Of a stretch of 64,000 nucleotides of DNA, positions 39,740 to 52,499 are shown piece after piece. Origin of the DNA: Octopus sinensis. Its lineage: Eukaryota. The position numbers and the translations under genes were made by a program. The notes below the pieces were generated by a model. The model was not told the DNA's origin and made no database searches. It saw nothing but the letters and a program-made list of their open reading frames with translations. Each line of letters opens with the position of its first letter. Position 1 is the stretch's first letter. Where the stretch lies: NCBI RefSeq assembly GCF_006345805.1, contig NC_043006.1, positions 38,750,001 to 38,814,000 of the forward strand, given 5' to 3'.

Positions 39740-40085
39740 TAGGTGAAGGCGCATGGCTCAGTGGTTAGAGCGTTGAGCTTACGATCGTGAGGTTGTGAGC
39801 TCGAATCCCGGACCGGGCTGCGTGTTGTGTTCTTGAGCAAGGCACTTTATTTCACGTTGCTCCAGTTCACTCAGCTGTAGAAATGAGTTGCGACGTCACT
39901 GGTGCCAAGCTGTATCGACCTTTGTCTTTCCCTTGGATAACACTGGTGGTGTGGAGAGGGGAGGCTGGTATGCATGGGCGACTGCTGGTCTTCCATAAAC
40001 AACCTTGCCCGGACTTGTGTCTAGGAGGGTAACTTTCTAGGTGCAATCCCATGGTCATTCATGACCGAAGGGGGTCTTTACCCCT
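39740..40085 (+). mobile_element. tRNA-derived SINE, second family, well preserved (copies at 32550-32870 and 62585-62905)
   Basis: A box TGGCTCAGTGG, B-box-like GAGCTCGAATCC, TGTGTTCTTGAGCAAGGCACTT core; many CpGs retained. Confidence 0.85.
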
Positions 40086-40091
40086 ATTATA

Positions 40092-40260
40092 GGCGTAGGA
40101 GTGGCTGTGTGGTAAGTAGGTTGCTTACCAACCACATGATTCTGGGTTCAGTCCCACTGCATGGCACCTTGGGCAAGTGTCTTCTACTATAGCCTTGGGC
40201 CGAACAAAGCCTTGTGAGTGGATTTGGTAGATGGAAACTGAAAGAAGCCTGTCGTATATA

Positions 40261-40299
<39 letters not shown>

Positions 40300-40488
40300 T
40301 TGTGTATCTGTGTTTGTCCCCTCAACATTGCTTGACAAACGATGCTGGTGTGTTTACATCCCCGTAACTTAGCGGTTCGGCAAAAGAGACCAATAGAATA
40401 AGTCCTGGGGTCGATTTGCTCAACTAAAAGTCGGTGCTCCAGCATGGCCACAGTCAAATGACTGAAGCAAGTAAAAGAGTTAAAGAGA
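40092..40488 (+). mobile_element. CORE-type tRNA-derived SINE, near full length (copies at 48108-48540, 44690-45050, 53410-53790, 61090-61470)
   Basis: GGCGTAGGAGTGGCTGTGTGG...GGGTTCAGTCCC...GGCACCTTGGGCAAGT core, internal (TG)n, AAGTAAAAGAG tail. Confidence 0.85.
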
Positions 40489-40494
40489 GATATA

Positions 40495-40976
40495 CAGGAT
40501 TATTCAAAAAGAATGAACCAATTTCATTACACAATATTTTAATGAGAGAAAGCAATAGAAAACTCCAGCTAAGTCACAATGTGGCCACCACTTGTGCAGT
40601 ATGGCCAACATCAATGCAATCAGAGAATTCCTCCCAGACACTCTTTGTGCTTGGCTTGCGAGATCCCCAGACCTCACCGTATGTGATTTTTTCTTTTTGT
40701 GAGGATATGTAAAAGATTGCGTTTATGTTCCACTGCTACCCACTAACCTCGATAATCTGAAACATTGAATAACAACAACGATCAACTCAGTGGATTGTGA
40801 TGTGCTGTTACACATCTGGGAGGAATTCTCTTATCGCATTGATGGCCACATTGAACACTTGTAAAGCAGGAAATAAAAGTTGATTGTGAGTAAATACTTG
40901 TGACTTAGCTGGAGTTTTCTATAGCTTTTCCTTACTAAAATATTGCATAATGAAATTGGTTCATTTGTTTTGAATA
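40495..40976 (+). mobile_element. Internally deleted Tc1/mariner element with ~85-bp TIRs and transposase C-terminus (possibly rosa/DD41D-like)
   Basis: Left TIR 40495-40580 matches the reverse complement of 40899-40976. Internal WLARSPDLTVCDFFFL*GYVKDCVY resembles WPxRSPDLTPCDFFLWGYVK. Confidence 0.8.
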
Positions 40977-41371
40977 TATCATCATCATTATCATCATAGG
41001 TTTAACTGCCACCTTTCAATTGCTTGCATGGGTCAAATGGATTGCTTGTTGATTTGGATATTCTACAGTTAGATACCTTCCCTGTTGCCAACCCTCACTT
41101 GTTTCTGAGCAAGGTAATATTTCCCCCCATGATCAGACATATTTCCATGGAAGATTGTAAATGAAGGACTCTGCTCACATGATATCAAATATGCATTCGC
41201 AACAATGATGCGATTCATAACTAGGAAAGGAGACAGTAACAGATACACACATGCATATAAATACTTACATACATATGTACATACACACATATATACATAT
41301 ATTCATACATGCATACATGGATACATTCACTAACACATACATACATGCATACACTTATACATACATACAGT

Positions 41372-41431
<60 letters not shown>

Positions 41432-42149
41432 ACTATATGTATGGGAATACATATATAAAACAAAACATATAAATCTGCACATGCACTAACTGCAGCTATT
41501 GCACATATACATGCACTGCATACACAAATACCCTGTTGATGGATCTATATTAGATACCAGCTCTTTTTCTATTGTCAAGAAATCTTGAAATAAAACTGTA
41601 TAATAACATACATATATACATGCATACATACATGCATATGTACATAGATACATAGACACACACGTACATACATATACACACATACATATATACATACATA
41701 ACATACATGCATACATACTCACATATACACATACAGACATATATACATAATATACATACATACATGCATACCTACATATGTACATACACACATATATAGA
41801 TACACAAATACGTACATACATATATACATACATACATACGTACATACATACATACGTATATACATATATACATACATACATGCATGCATGCATGCATGCA
41901 TATGTACATACATACATACATATATAGATACACACGTACATGCGCACATGCACACATACATATCCATCTATGAGAAACAGTCATGTTCAAGTTGCAGCAA
42001 AGAGAATAGACAGGAATTTCATGCAGTGTTCCCAATTCAAGGAAGGGATGAATAAGTGCAAGGGATTCACAGAAGGCAAACCAAGAAGAAGGTCTGGTTT
42101 GTAGCAGATACAGAATGGTAATTGGAAATAAGAGCACTTCTGAACGTTC

Positions 42150-42344
42150 TCTTAAATACAGTTCTATATTTAAGAGAGGAGGAATTATTTACATTATTTA
42201 TATTATTTACATTTGATGGATATTCGTCCTCATCTTGTTTGTTGTTAACACGTTTTGGCTGATATACCCTCCAGCCTTCATAAGGTGTCTTGGGGAAATT
42301 TTGAAATTTTGAACCTGGGTTCTTGTTCCTAAGGTATTTTTCAA

Positions 42345-42393
<49 letters not shown>

Positions 42394-42430
42394 ATTATTA
42401 TTATTATTGTTATTATTATTATTACCATTA
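42150..42430 (-). mobile_element. Hammerhead-derived arm plus (AAT)n of the tRNA-headed family
   Basis: AAGACAC-CTTATGA-AGGCTGGAGGGTATATCAGCC-AAAACGTGTT on the minus strand; two core mutations. Confidence 0.65.
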
Positions 42431-42576
42431 TTACTGTTATTGTTTTTGTTGTTCTTGTTGTTAAGGTAATAATTGGCTCCGTTTTTAAGTTCTGAGTTCA
42501 AATTTCACCTGAGGCTGTTTTTGCATTTCATCCCTACAGATTTGATAAAAATAGTGTTATAATCAGTTCGAATGTG

Positions 42577-43119
42577 CTTGAGGAACGTTTTGAACTGGTG
42601 AACAAGTTGCGCACTGCATTTTGTCACGGAGAACATATCCTCTTTGTTAACAAATGGTGAGTATACACCTAGATCAGCTTGCAGCGCCACCAACTCTGAC
42701 CATGAGATGCAACAGTTTCGGAGTAGTTATCTCCTTGTTGGTTATGGACACCAGGCAGGCAGTGCTACAAGCTGATTGAAGGGCTTGACTCTTTTATGCT
42801 TTTCCAGTTGCCATATGGTGACTGATAGAGCTGTGCAGTGGTTCACCATAAGTAAATTACAGAGGGGCCACACTAAGCAGTGACAGCTATCAGTTGCCAT
42901 GCAGCACCTGGAACACCATAAGAGAATCACTCTCTTCAATCACCTCATAACACCACCTGCCTGGTGTCCATTATTGAAAAGATAACTACTCTGAAAGTCT
43001 GGTTAGGTGGCGCTGCGAGCTCATCTAGGTGTATACACACCATTTGTCAACAAATAGGATATATTTTCTGTGACAAAACGCAGTGAGTAGCTTGTTTACT
43101 GGTTCAGACATGCCTCAAG
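42577..43119. mobile_element. Foldback/MITE with ~200-230-bp imperfect terminal inverted repeats
   Basis: 42577-42790 matches the reverse complement of 42930-43119 (e.g. TATACACCTAGAT / ATCTAGGTGTATA, TGGACACCAGGCAGG / CCTGCCTGGTGTCCA). Confidence 0.8.
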
Positions 43120-43364
43120 TTGGTACATAATTATTGCGGCTTCTTTTCAGCAAATTTTATTCAACAAAAACAACATCACATAACAAAAACATCTTTAAAT
43201 GATTATTCTGGAGCATATTCACCATCTACTTCAATTACTGCTTCCCATTTGCTTGGCAGACAGTCAGACCATCATTTAAAGATGTTTTTTGTTAAACATT
43301 GTTATTGTTTTTGCTGAATAAAATTTGTTGAAAAAAAAGCTGCAATAATTATGCACCAACCCAA
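43119..43364. mobile_element. Mariner MITE, copy 1 (left TIR truncated)
   Basis: GTTGGTACATAATTATTGCGG ... GCAATAATTATGCACCAACCCAA-TA; internal minus-strand LPSKWEAVIEVDGEY, a mariner C-terminus. Confidence 0.85.
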
Positions 43365-43462
43365 TATATATATGCATGCATGCATACATACATATATTTA
43401 TATATATACATATGTATATAGATATATAAATATATATACATTTATATATACATATACATATA

Positions 43463-43714
43463 TTGGGTCGGTGCATAATTATTGCAGCTTTTTTCAAACA
43501 AATTTTATTCAACAAAAACAATAACAACATGTAACAAAAGCATCTTTAAATGATTATTCTGGAGCATATTCACCATCTACTTCAATTACTGCTTCCCATT
43601 TGCTTGGCAGACAGTCAGACTGCCATTTAAAGATGTTTTTGTTAAATAGTGTTATTGTTTTTGCTGAATAAAATTTGTTCAAAAAACAGGTGCAATAATT
43701 ATGCACCAGCCCAA
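43463..43714. mobile_element. Mariner MITE, copy 2
   Basis: TA-TTGGGTCGGTGCATAATTATTGCAG ... GCAATAATTATGCACCAGCCCAA-TA; TIR resembles Hsmar1-type TTAGGTTGGTGCAAAAGTAATTGC. Confidence 0.88.
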
Positions 43715-44019
43715 TATGTTCGGACTGGCAATAACATTACAATTTTACTGACCACTGTTTAGTGGTTTCCCTCAGTAATAAAATAAGTATCTGTCATGTT
43801 GTGGCTACATGTAATCAACTTAACCTCTCCTTGAAATTACTGGCCTTGTGCTAAAATTTGAAATGATTATAATAACCATTGCTGGTGATTGTCTTTTACA
43901 GGTAAAGGTTAGATTGTATGATGTATGTTTATGAAGCAAAATATCGTATGGTAGCGAACCATGTGCACTAAATGTGCAGGGATTACAAGTGCTGCAACTA
44001 AATGAAATAAGCATGTTCC

Positions 44020-45550
44020 ATTGATGATGATGATGATGAATACAATGCTGATGATGATTGTGATGATGATGATGGTGATGATGTCAATGCTGATGATGAT
44101 GTGGATGATGAAGAGGAGATGAATAACAAAGTGGTAAAAATGCGGTTGATAGTGATGATGATGATGATGACATGGAGAAGGATTAGGATCGCTGTGATGA
44201 TTAAATCAATGATGGTGAGGATTATCGTAATGATAATTATAATAGCAACAATGACGATAATTAGAACTAGGGTGATAATTAAGATTAATTGATAATTAGA
44301 ATTATGCTGATAATTCAACAATGATGATGATGATGATGATGATGTTGATAATGATGGGAGTGGTGAGGATGGTACTGGTGGCAGTTGTCGTTTTGCTAGT
44401 GGTGGTGGCGGCGGCAATAGTAGGAATGATGATTCCGATGAAGATGAAGAGGAGGCAGAAGAGGCTGATAATGAAGATGACAAAAATAAGGCTGATAACA
44501 AAGATGATGCCATAAACAAGGATTAGGAGAATGGTGATAACTAACTCAGTGATGATGATGATGATGATGATGATGATAGCAGCAAATATGACAGTTAGGA
44601 TGATGCTGATAATTAAGGTTAACCGATAATTAGGATTTATATAATTGGTGATGATGATGATGATGCTGATGATGATGGGTTTTTTTTATGTTTTGCTTGT
44701 TTCAGTCATTAGGCTGTGGCCATGCTGGGGCATCACATCAGGGAATTTTAGCCAAATGATTCGACACCAGGACTTAGTATCTCATTAAAGCTTGGTACTT
44801 GTTCTATCAGACTCTTTTGCTGAACTGCTAATGTTATGGGGACATAAACAAACCAACACTAATTGCCATGTGGTTGTGGGGGACAAATGCATACACAAAG
44901 ACACACACACAGATATATGTACATATATTTAATCAAACAGGCTTGTTTCAGCTTCCGTGTCAACTAAATCAGATCAGCCCAAGACACTTGCTCAAGGTAC
45001 TATGCAATGGAACTGAACCCAGAACCATGTGGTTAGTAAGTAAACTTGACAAAATTTATTACAGCAATGATGATGATGGTAAGAAGAATGATGATAAAAA
45101 TGATGATGTTGTTGCTTTTAAGACAATGATAACAATGACAATGATGCTGCTGCTGATGATGATGATGGCGATCGCAATGATGCAGATAATGATGATGAAG
45201 AGGCGATGAATAATAAAGTGATAAAAATGGGGTTGATTATGATGATGATGATGATGAAGAGGCAATGAATAATAAAGTGGTAAAAATGAGGTTGATGATG
45301 ATGAAGATGGTGGTGATGATGAGGATGATGGTGATGATGATGATGATGATGAGGATGCTGATGATGATGATGACGACAATGATGATGATTATGGCAGTCA
45401 CAAAGATGCAGAGGACAGCAATTGCAATGACGAAGGAGCTGTTTTTAAGATGATGACATCAATAACAATCTTTGCTGTGGTAAAGCAATGACAATGATCG
45501 TGATGATGAAGACGACGATGACGATGAAGGCATTGTTATTTAAGACGATG
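44020..45550. repeat. Degenerate (GAT)n region split by a CORE-SINE
   Basis: Poly-Met/Asp/Ser pseudo-ORFs; SINE at ~44690-45050. Confidence 0.8.
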
Positions 45551-45903
45551 ATGTCAGTGATGCACAGTGGCAATATATGGCAGAAAATTTCCTATGCAAC
45601 TGCAGCATATGTACATGCTGATCTTTGTTCACTCTTTTATACAAGCGGCTGTCTCGCCACTGATATCTCTTTTGGTACACTACACCAAACATGCAGCTAC
45701 GAGACTCATTAAGTTGTTGTCCAATGTATTTATGATTCTTTCTTCGCACTTGTTGCTGTTATCAATGATTTCCTCTCTGTGCACTTGGCATATTAATAGC
45801 ATTTGAGTGTGTATGAATGTATGAATATATACATGTGTATTAAGAGCATTTCTGAGTGAGCATAAATATATATATGTATATACACATGTCTGTGTATAAA
45901 CAT

Positions 45904-46008
<105 letters not shown>

Positions 46009-46127
46009 ATGCTTATATACATATATATATTATATATATATATATACATACATTTACGCTAACATGCAGTCACACAAACACATGTCTATACGAGAAAGAA
46101 AGAACCATAATTTTGTATATATGATAT

Positions 46128-46516
46128 GTTGTGGCATTCTGTCAGTTATGATGACAAGGGTTCCAGTTGATCCGATCAATGGAACAGCCTGCTCATGAAA
46201 CTAACGTGCAAGTGGCTGAGCACTCCACAGACAGTTGCATCCTTAACGTAGTTCTTGGGGAGATTCAGCGTGATACAGAGTATGACAAGGCCGGCTTCCT
46301 TTGAAATGCAGGTACAAGAGAAACAGGACGAAAGAGTGGGAGGAAATTGGGGTGAAAGAATACAGCAGGGTTCGCCACCACCCACTGCCGGAGCCTCAGG
46401 GAGCTCTTAGGTGGTTTCGCTCAGTAAACACTTATAACGCCAGGTCTGGGAATCGAAACTGCGATCCTAAGACCACAAGTCCACTGCCCTAACCACTGGG
46501 CCACTGCGCCTCCACA
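46128..46516 (-). mobile_element. tRNA-derived SINE, third family
   Basis: Minus strand GGAGGCGCAGTGGCCCAGTGGTTAGGG...GTTTCGATTCCC head; distinct body ending GAGCAGGCTGTTCCATTGATCGGATCAACTGGAACCC. Confidence 0.75.
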
Positions 46517-46680
46517 TATGATATACATACATATGATCATGTAACATGCTTAATATTCATAGCCCATTGTATATCTGCATGTATAAATATATATGTACAT
46601 ATGAATGTGAATGTGTGTTTATATACATATAATATATACATATATATTATATATATATATATGTGTGTGTGTGTGTATAC

Positions 46681-46711
<31 letters not shown>

Positions 46712-46745
46712 GTATACACACACACACATATACATATATATATAT

Positions 46746-46799
<54 letters not shown>

Positions 46800-47162
46800 G
46801 TATGTATATACATATGTACATAGCTATGTATATGCATGTGTGTATAGTCTGCACATAGTGTTTACACACATAAACTCAAATTAATATGTATTTCATAAAG
46901 CACACCATCACACATTTTGGATGTGTTTACAAAAAGAGAAAAGAAAAACCTGCTCTTGGTGCCAGCTGTATGGCTGTATGTAATAGAATGCCAGTGAATA
47001 GAATCTAGCTATAATAAATAATAAATGGGTTACATATTAAAATAAATATGAATTTTGAGTCTTTGATTTATTTCAGACTAAAGAGTTGACCAATACTAAA
47101 TATTGGTTCCCTCACAGACTGAAAGATGTATGATTGCCCCTGTACTATTAAGTATGTATATG

Positions 47163-47236
<74 letters not shown>

Positions 47237-49085
47237 CACACATTAACCATTAACACAGATATATGTGTGCGCGCGCATGTCTTTGTGTTTTCTATGGAAA
47301 TATGTACACAGTGTTGGACAAAAAGTTACAAAGCTAAATTTTTGCAAAGTTTCTTTCACTTCCATTGCCATCATCATCATCTTCATCATTATCATCATTA
47401 TCATCATCATCATCATCATCATCATTTTCCTCATATCATCATCGTCATATCACTATGACAACTGCCGCCACTGCTGCCACCACCATCACCATCTTGCAAG
47501 TCCCTTTTACACCACATGCATTAGCTTTATTTTTATCCCTGCTTTCATGGGTTGCACAGGTTATCAAAGTTTGAGTTCTCTTTCTGAAAAACTACAGATC
47601 CAAAAAACTACAAGTGTTTGTTCATGTCATTTGGTTCGGTTCCTATGACTGGATGCACCTTACAGAACATTCTGGGTACATTTTCTTGTGGTACCCACTC
47701 CAGAAGAGGTAGAATAGTCCTTAGCAAGACAAGAATGGAGGGTACTTTTAACCCTGCACTTTCACAACTTGTTAAGCCAACCATGTTGCTGTATGAATAG
47801 TAGGTAGGAGGGAGAAACTGTACAAAGTGAATATAAATAAGGAGGAGGAACAACGATGACGGAAATGCCAGAAATGGGCAAACAAATGCTTTCCACAAAG
47901 TTTCCGTTCAGTCTATCAAATTCACTCACAAGACTAAGAGCTATAGTGGAAGATGTTTGCTGGAGGTGCCAGGCAGTGGGATTGAACCAAAAACTACAAG
48001 GTAGCAAAGCAAACTTATTTATATTCCTATGCCTGCACCTGTCCTATGTTGATGTAAATTTTCAAAAGTCATAACACTTTTTTAAGAAATTTCATACATA
48101 ATAGCAAGCATGGCTGTGTGGTAAGAAGCTTGCTTCTCAACCACATGGTTCTGGGTTCAGTCCCACGGCATGGCACCTTGGGCAAGTGTCTTGTACTATA
48201 GCCTCAGGCTGACCAAAGCTTTGTCAGTGGATCTGGCAGATGGAAACTGAAAGAAGCCAGTCGTATATACATATACATACATATATATATATAGGTATAT
48301 ATATATAGGTACATATATATAGGTATATGTTTGTCTGCCCCCCTCCCATCACTTGACAACCGATATTGATATGTTTACATCCCCATAACTAAGCAGTTAG
48401 GCAAAAGAGAACTAACAGAATATATACTAGGCTTACAAAGAATAAGTTCTGGGGTTGATTTGTTTCTACTAAAGGTGGTGCTCCAGCATAGCCACAGTCA
48501 AATGACTGAAATAAGTAAAAGAATAAAAGAACAAAAGAATAATCACAAGCATGGCTGTGTGGTAAGATGTTTGCTTCCAACCAAATGGTTCTGGGTTCAG
48601 TTCCACTGCATGGCACCTAGGGCGAGTGTTTATTTCAGCCTTGGCCCAATAAAAGTCCTATGAGTGTATTTGGAAACTGAAAGAAGCCTTTCATATACAT
48701 ATCATAACCATCATTGTAGTTTAATGTTCGCTTTCTATGCTGACATGGGTTGGACAGTTTGACTAAGAGCGGCCGGGCCAACTCGAATTACATTGTGGGC
48801 CACAGAAAGTTTTGAGGGCCACTTGTATACTGACAGAATTGAAAGCATTTTGCTTTCTCGTGCTATTACTACAATAATGAATGAAGGATCATGAATTCAA
48901 CATGAAATATTCTTTTCTACTCTGGTGTGTTTACGTCCCTCTAACTTAGCAGTTCAGCAAAAGAGACCAATAGAATAAGTACTAGGTTTACAAAGAATAA
49001 GTCCTGGGGTCGATTTGCTCAACCAAAGGCGGTGCTCCAGCATGGCTACAGTCAAATAACTGAATGAAAACAAATAAAAGAATAT

Positions 49086-49121
<36 letters not shown>

Positions 49122-50612
49122 GAAAGTTGATTGTTATGGTTGGTCAGATAGTGACCATTGGTTTCACACTTATAAAGTGCTTAGCTGTATAGGCAACTAA
49201 TCACATCCAAATGGCCAGAAGCATGTGTGTGTGTGTGTTTGTCTGTATTTATCCCCTACCACTTGCAGCTGGTGTTAGTGTGTTTACATCCCTGTAACTT
49301 AGCAGTTCAACAAAGAAGAACAATAAAATAAGACAAAAATAAGTAAGTACCGGGAGTTGATTCACTTGAGTAAAGTTCTCCAAGGTTGTGCCCCAGCATG
49401 GCCACAGTTTAATTACAGAAACAAGTAATTGACAAAGGATAAAAGATACTGAATAGAATAGAATAGAATATAACGAAATTTACTCCAAACAATGGCTTTA
49501 TCTTTTATGGTCATGATGAAGATGGTCGAAATGTTTTGGAGAGTAAACCAACTTATTCAATATAGACTTTCAGAAATAAAATAATTAAACAGAAAGAGTT
49601 AAACCAAATGGAATCATCACAAAGAGTAAATATAACGACTATAAAGCAAAGAAACAACATTACACCTTACCCCATCAAAGCAGAACAAAATGGCTTCCCC
49701 GACCACCAACCCTGTTACAACTGAAAAGCAAACGGAATAACATTCACACATACACACACGCAAGAAGAGAAAAAAAAATGAAGGAAAACAATTCCATCCA
49801 ATAATCCAATAATTTTCCATTGAAATAGTTAATGGAGTTTTGTTTCAATGCTGGGATATATTTGTATTTAAAGTTGAATTAGTTCCTTGAGCTGTTTGTT
49901 TTGCTTGACTTCCTGCCCTCATCTATCACATCAGTAAAGGAAATTTCCCACAATGCAATATTGTCAGTGTTAATTACTGGAGCAGGTTTTTACAGGGTTG
50001 ATTCTGTATCCATACAATTTATTAGAATGATACAATAAAATAAGTCTTTAAAATGACAATAATCAAAAAAAAAAAAAAAACAAAGAGGGAAAAAAACGAA
50101 AATGAAACAATTTTTGTTTGGATATATACGAAAACACAAGAGTGAAAACAAAAAAAAAATGCTATCTACTTCCTACATACCACCCTATACCATTTCTGCC
50201 ATTCCAGAAAAGTTTAAGAGATCTTCTAAAGGAAGCAGAGATGTAAATAGACTTAACAACCATAGCAACCAATGTTACATTCTGTTTGTAATGACACAAT
50301 AACTATACAAATACTTATTTAAAGAGATATTATTACATACATCCACAACCATATGTTTACTTACACACACACACACACACAGACACATGCATGCACACAC
50401 ACATACACACACACATACACACACATATATATATACACACACATATGTAGATATATCTATGCATACATACAAATATGTGTAAATATCTACACATATGTAG
50501 ATATGTACTTATATACATATATCTGCGCATATAAACATATATATATATATATTACACATATATGTATATATGTATGTATATACAGACACAATATACACAG
50601 ATGTAAATATAC

Positions 50613-50651
<39 letters not shown>

Positions 50652-51891
50652 GATAAACATATATGTATCAATCCATCCAAACAAACACACGTACACACAC
50701 ATACATATCTATACATACACACACATGCACATATACACTCAGACATATACATACGCATGCACACACACACACACAACACCATTTATCCTTTTTATTGGTA
50801 CATATTTTATTATTTTCTATTTGTCGAGCCTCTCAGGACGATAAAATAAACACAACATAGGTTTTAACGGACGTAAACACAGACTTATCATATATACATT
50901 GGGTTTCTTGCCAATATTTACACGCTTCTGGCAAAATACACAGTGAATTATACATGCATATACATACATATATATTCTTTTGTTTTATTCTTTTACTTGT
51001 TTCAGTCATTTTCTCTGTGACCATGCTGGAACACTGCCCATAGTCATACAAATCAACCCCAGGATGTATTCTTTGTAAGCCTAGTACTTATTCTATCAGT
51101 GTCTTTTGCCGAATCGCTAAGTTACAGGGACATAGACACACCAACATTGGTTGTCAAGCAATGGTGGGGGGACAAACACAGACACACAACTATATACTTA
51201 TATATATATATATGCACGTATATACTCAATTGATGAGTTTTCATAAAGCTTTTGTCTATCAAATTCGATATGCTGATCACTGGTCAGTCCATTTTCATAT
51301 ACATTTGGATATATATGTGTGTGTGTGTGTATATACAGGCATGCATCATCATCATCATTTAAAGTCCAATGTGCTTGCACACATACATACACAATTGCAT
51401 ATATGTGTTCGCTTGTGTGATTGTATGCATGCGTGCGTTTGCGTGTATGTTTGCATGTACGTATATATATGTGTGGTGTATGTATGTAAATATATGTGTG
51501 GTGTGTACATGTGTGTGTACACATGCATATGTGTGTGTATATATATATACACACACACATACACATATATATAAACATATATGTATACACATACATATAT
51601 CTATACATGTATATATACACATACACACACACACATATATATATATATACACATATATATACATACATATATATATACACATACATATATATATATATAC
51701 ATATATATATGTGTGTGTATGTGTGCGTATAGCTGCTCAGTGCCTCTCTGAAAGAGAGAGAGGGATATACATATATACACACACACACATATATGTACAT
51801 ATATATACATATATATGCATATACACACACGCACACATATATATATATGATGATGATGATGATGATGATGATATATATATATATTATTAAT

Positions 51892-52467
51892 CAATTTAGG
51901 GTAGCAAAATAGGGTTAAACGTTTTTAAATTTTCACCTTATTTCGAATTGCACTACTTGGCGGTTTGAGTTCTGGCTGCTCTTTCTGGTGGACGAATGGC
52001 CTGTAGGCCATTCCTAAATTGTTATATTTAATATATTAGTCTTGACTATTTTCTCTTTTCCACTAGGCCGCTGTAGCGATAAATTTTACTGAATTTTTTG
52101 CTACCCTAAATTGATAATTGATAATTTTCTGACTAATTCTGAGATTGAATCGGCAGTTTATATTTGCTGCCGATAAGTTTGCGCGAATGCGTTGGTTTGA
52201 AAATTTTAAGACAGATATTCCCGAGGCATTGATACAGTCGCCTCGTGTATATTCGTCTCTCCCAGTTTCTTTTACTGATGAAGTGTGACCTATGGTAGAT
52301 AGCTAATTTAATTTAATTAAGCTGGTCTATCATTAAAAACACGAAACGATGAATCGTATAAAAGATGAATTAGGGTAAACGTTTTAATTTTCATATTCCG
52401 AATTGCACTACTTGGCGGTTGAGTTTGGCTGCTCTTTCTGGTGGACGAACGTTTAGGCCATTCCTAA

Positions 52468-52472
<5 letters not shown>
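51892..52472 (+). mobile_element. Retrozyme-/Penelope-LTR-like non-autonomous element, ~461-nt unit with ~105-nt terminal redundancy
   Basis: Direct repeat 51910-52022 vs 52371-52472 (TAGGGT(T)AAACG...CCATTCCTAAATTGT). HHR immediately upstream of the second copy. 17-nt inverted repeat 51892-51908 vs 52098-52114. CpG-richer than the flanks and flanked by (AT)n/(GAT)n. Confidence 0.65.
52268..52365 (+). ncRNA. Type I hammerhead ribozyme, apparently intact
   Basis: Stem I TCTTTTA (52268-74)/TAAAAGA (52359-65); core CTGATGA (52275-81); stem II GTGT/ACAC extended by a long hairpin (ATGGTAGA/TCTATCAT, AGCT/AGCT); GAAA (52343-46); stem III CGA-TGAA-TCG; GUA triplet with predicted cleavage after 52358. 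Confidence 0.85.

Positions 52473-52499
<27 letters not shown>

Noticed and set aside
39745-39820. tRNA-like sequences as tRNA genes (also 23695-23770, 46440-46516, 62585-62660)
   Set aside because: They have A and B boxes but continue into SINE bodies, and I could not see a complete acceptor stem.
47618-47898. Overlapping ORFs in a unique-looking segment
   Set aside because: Several alternative splice readings on both strands, none with a recognisable domain.
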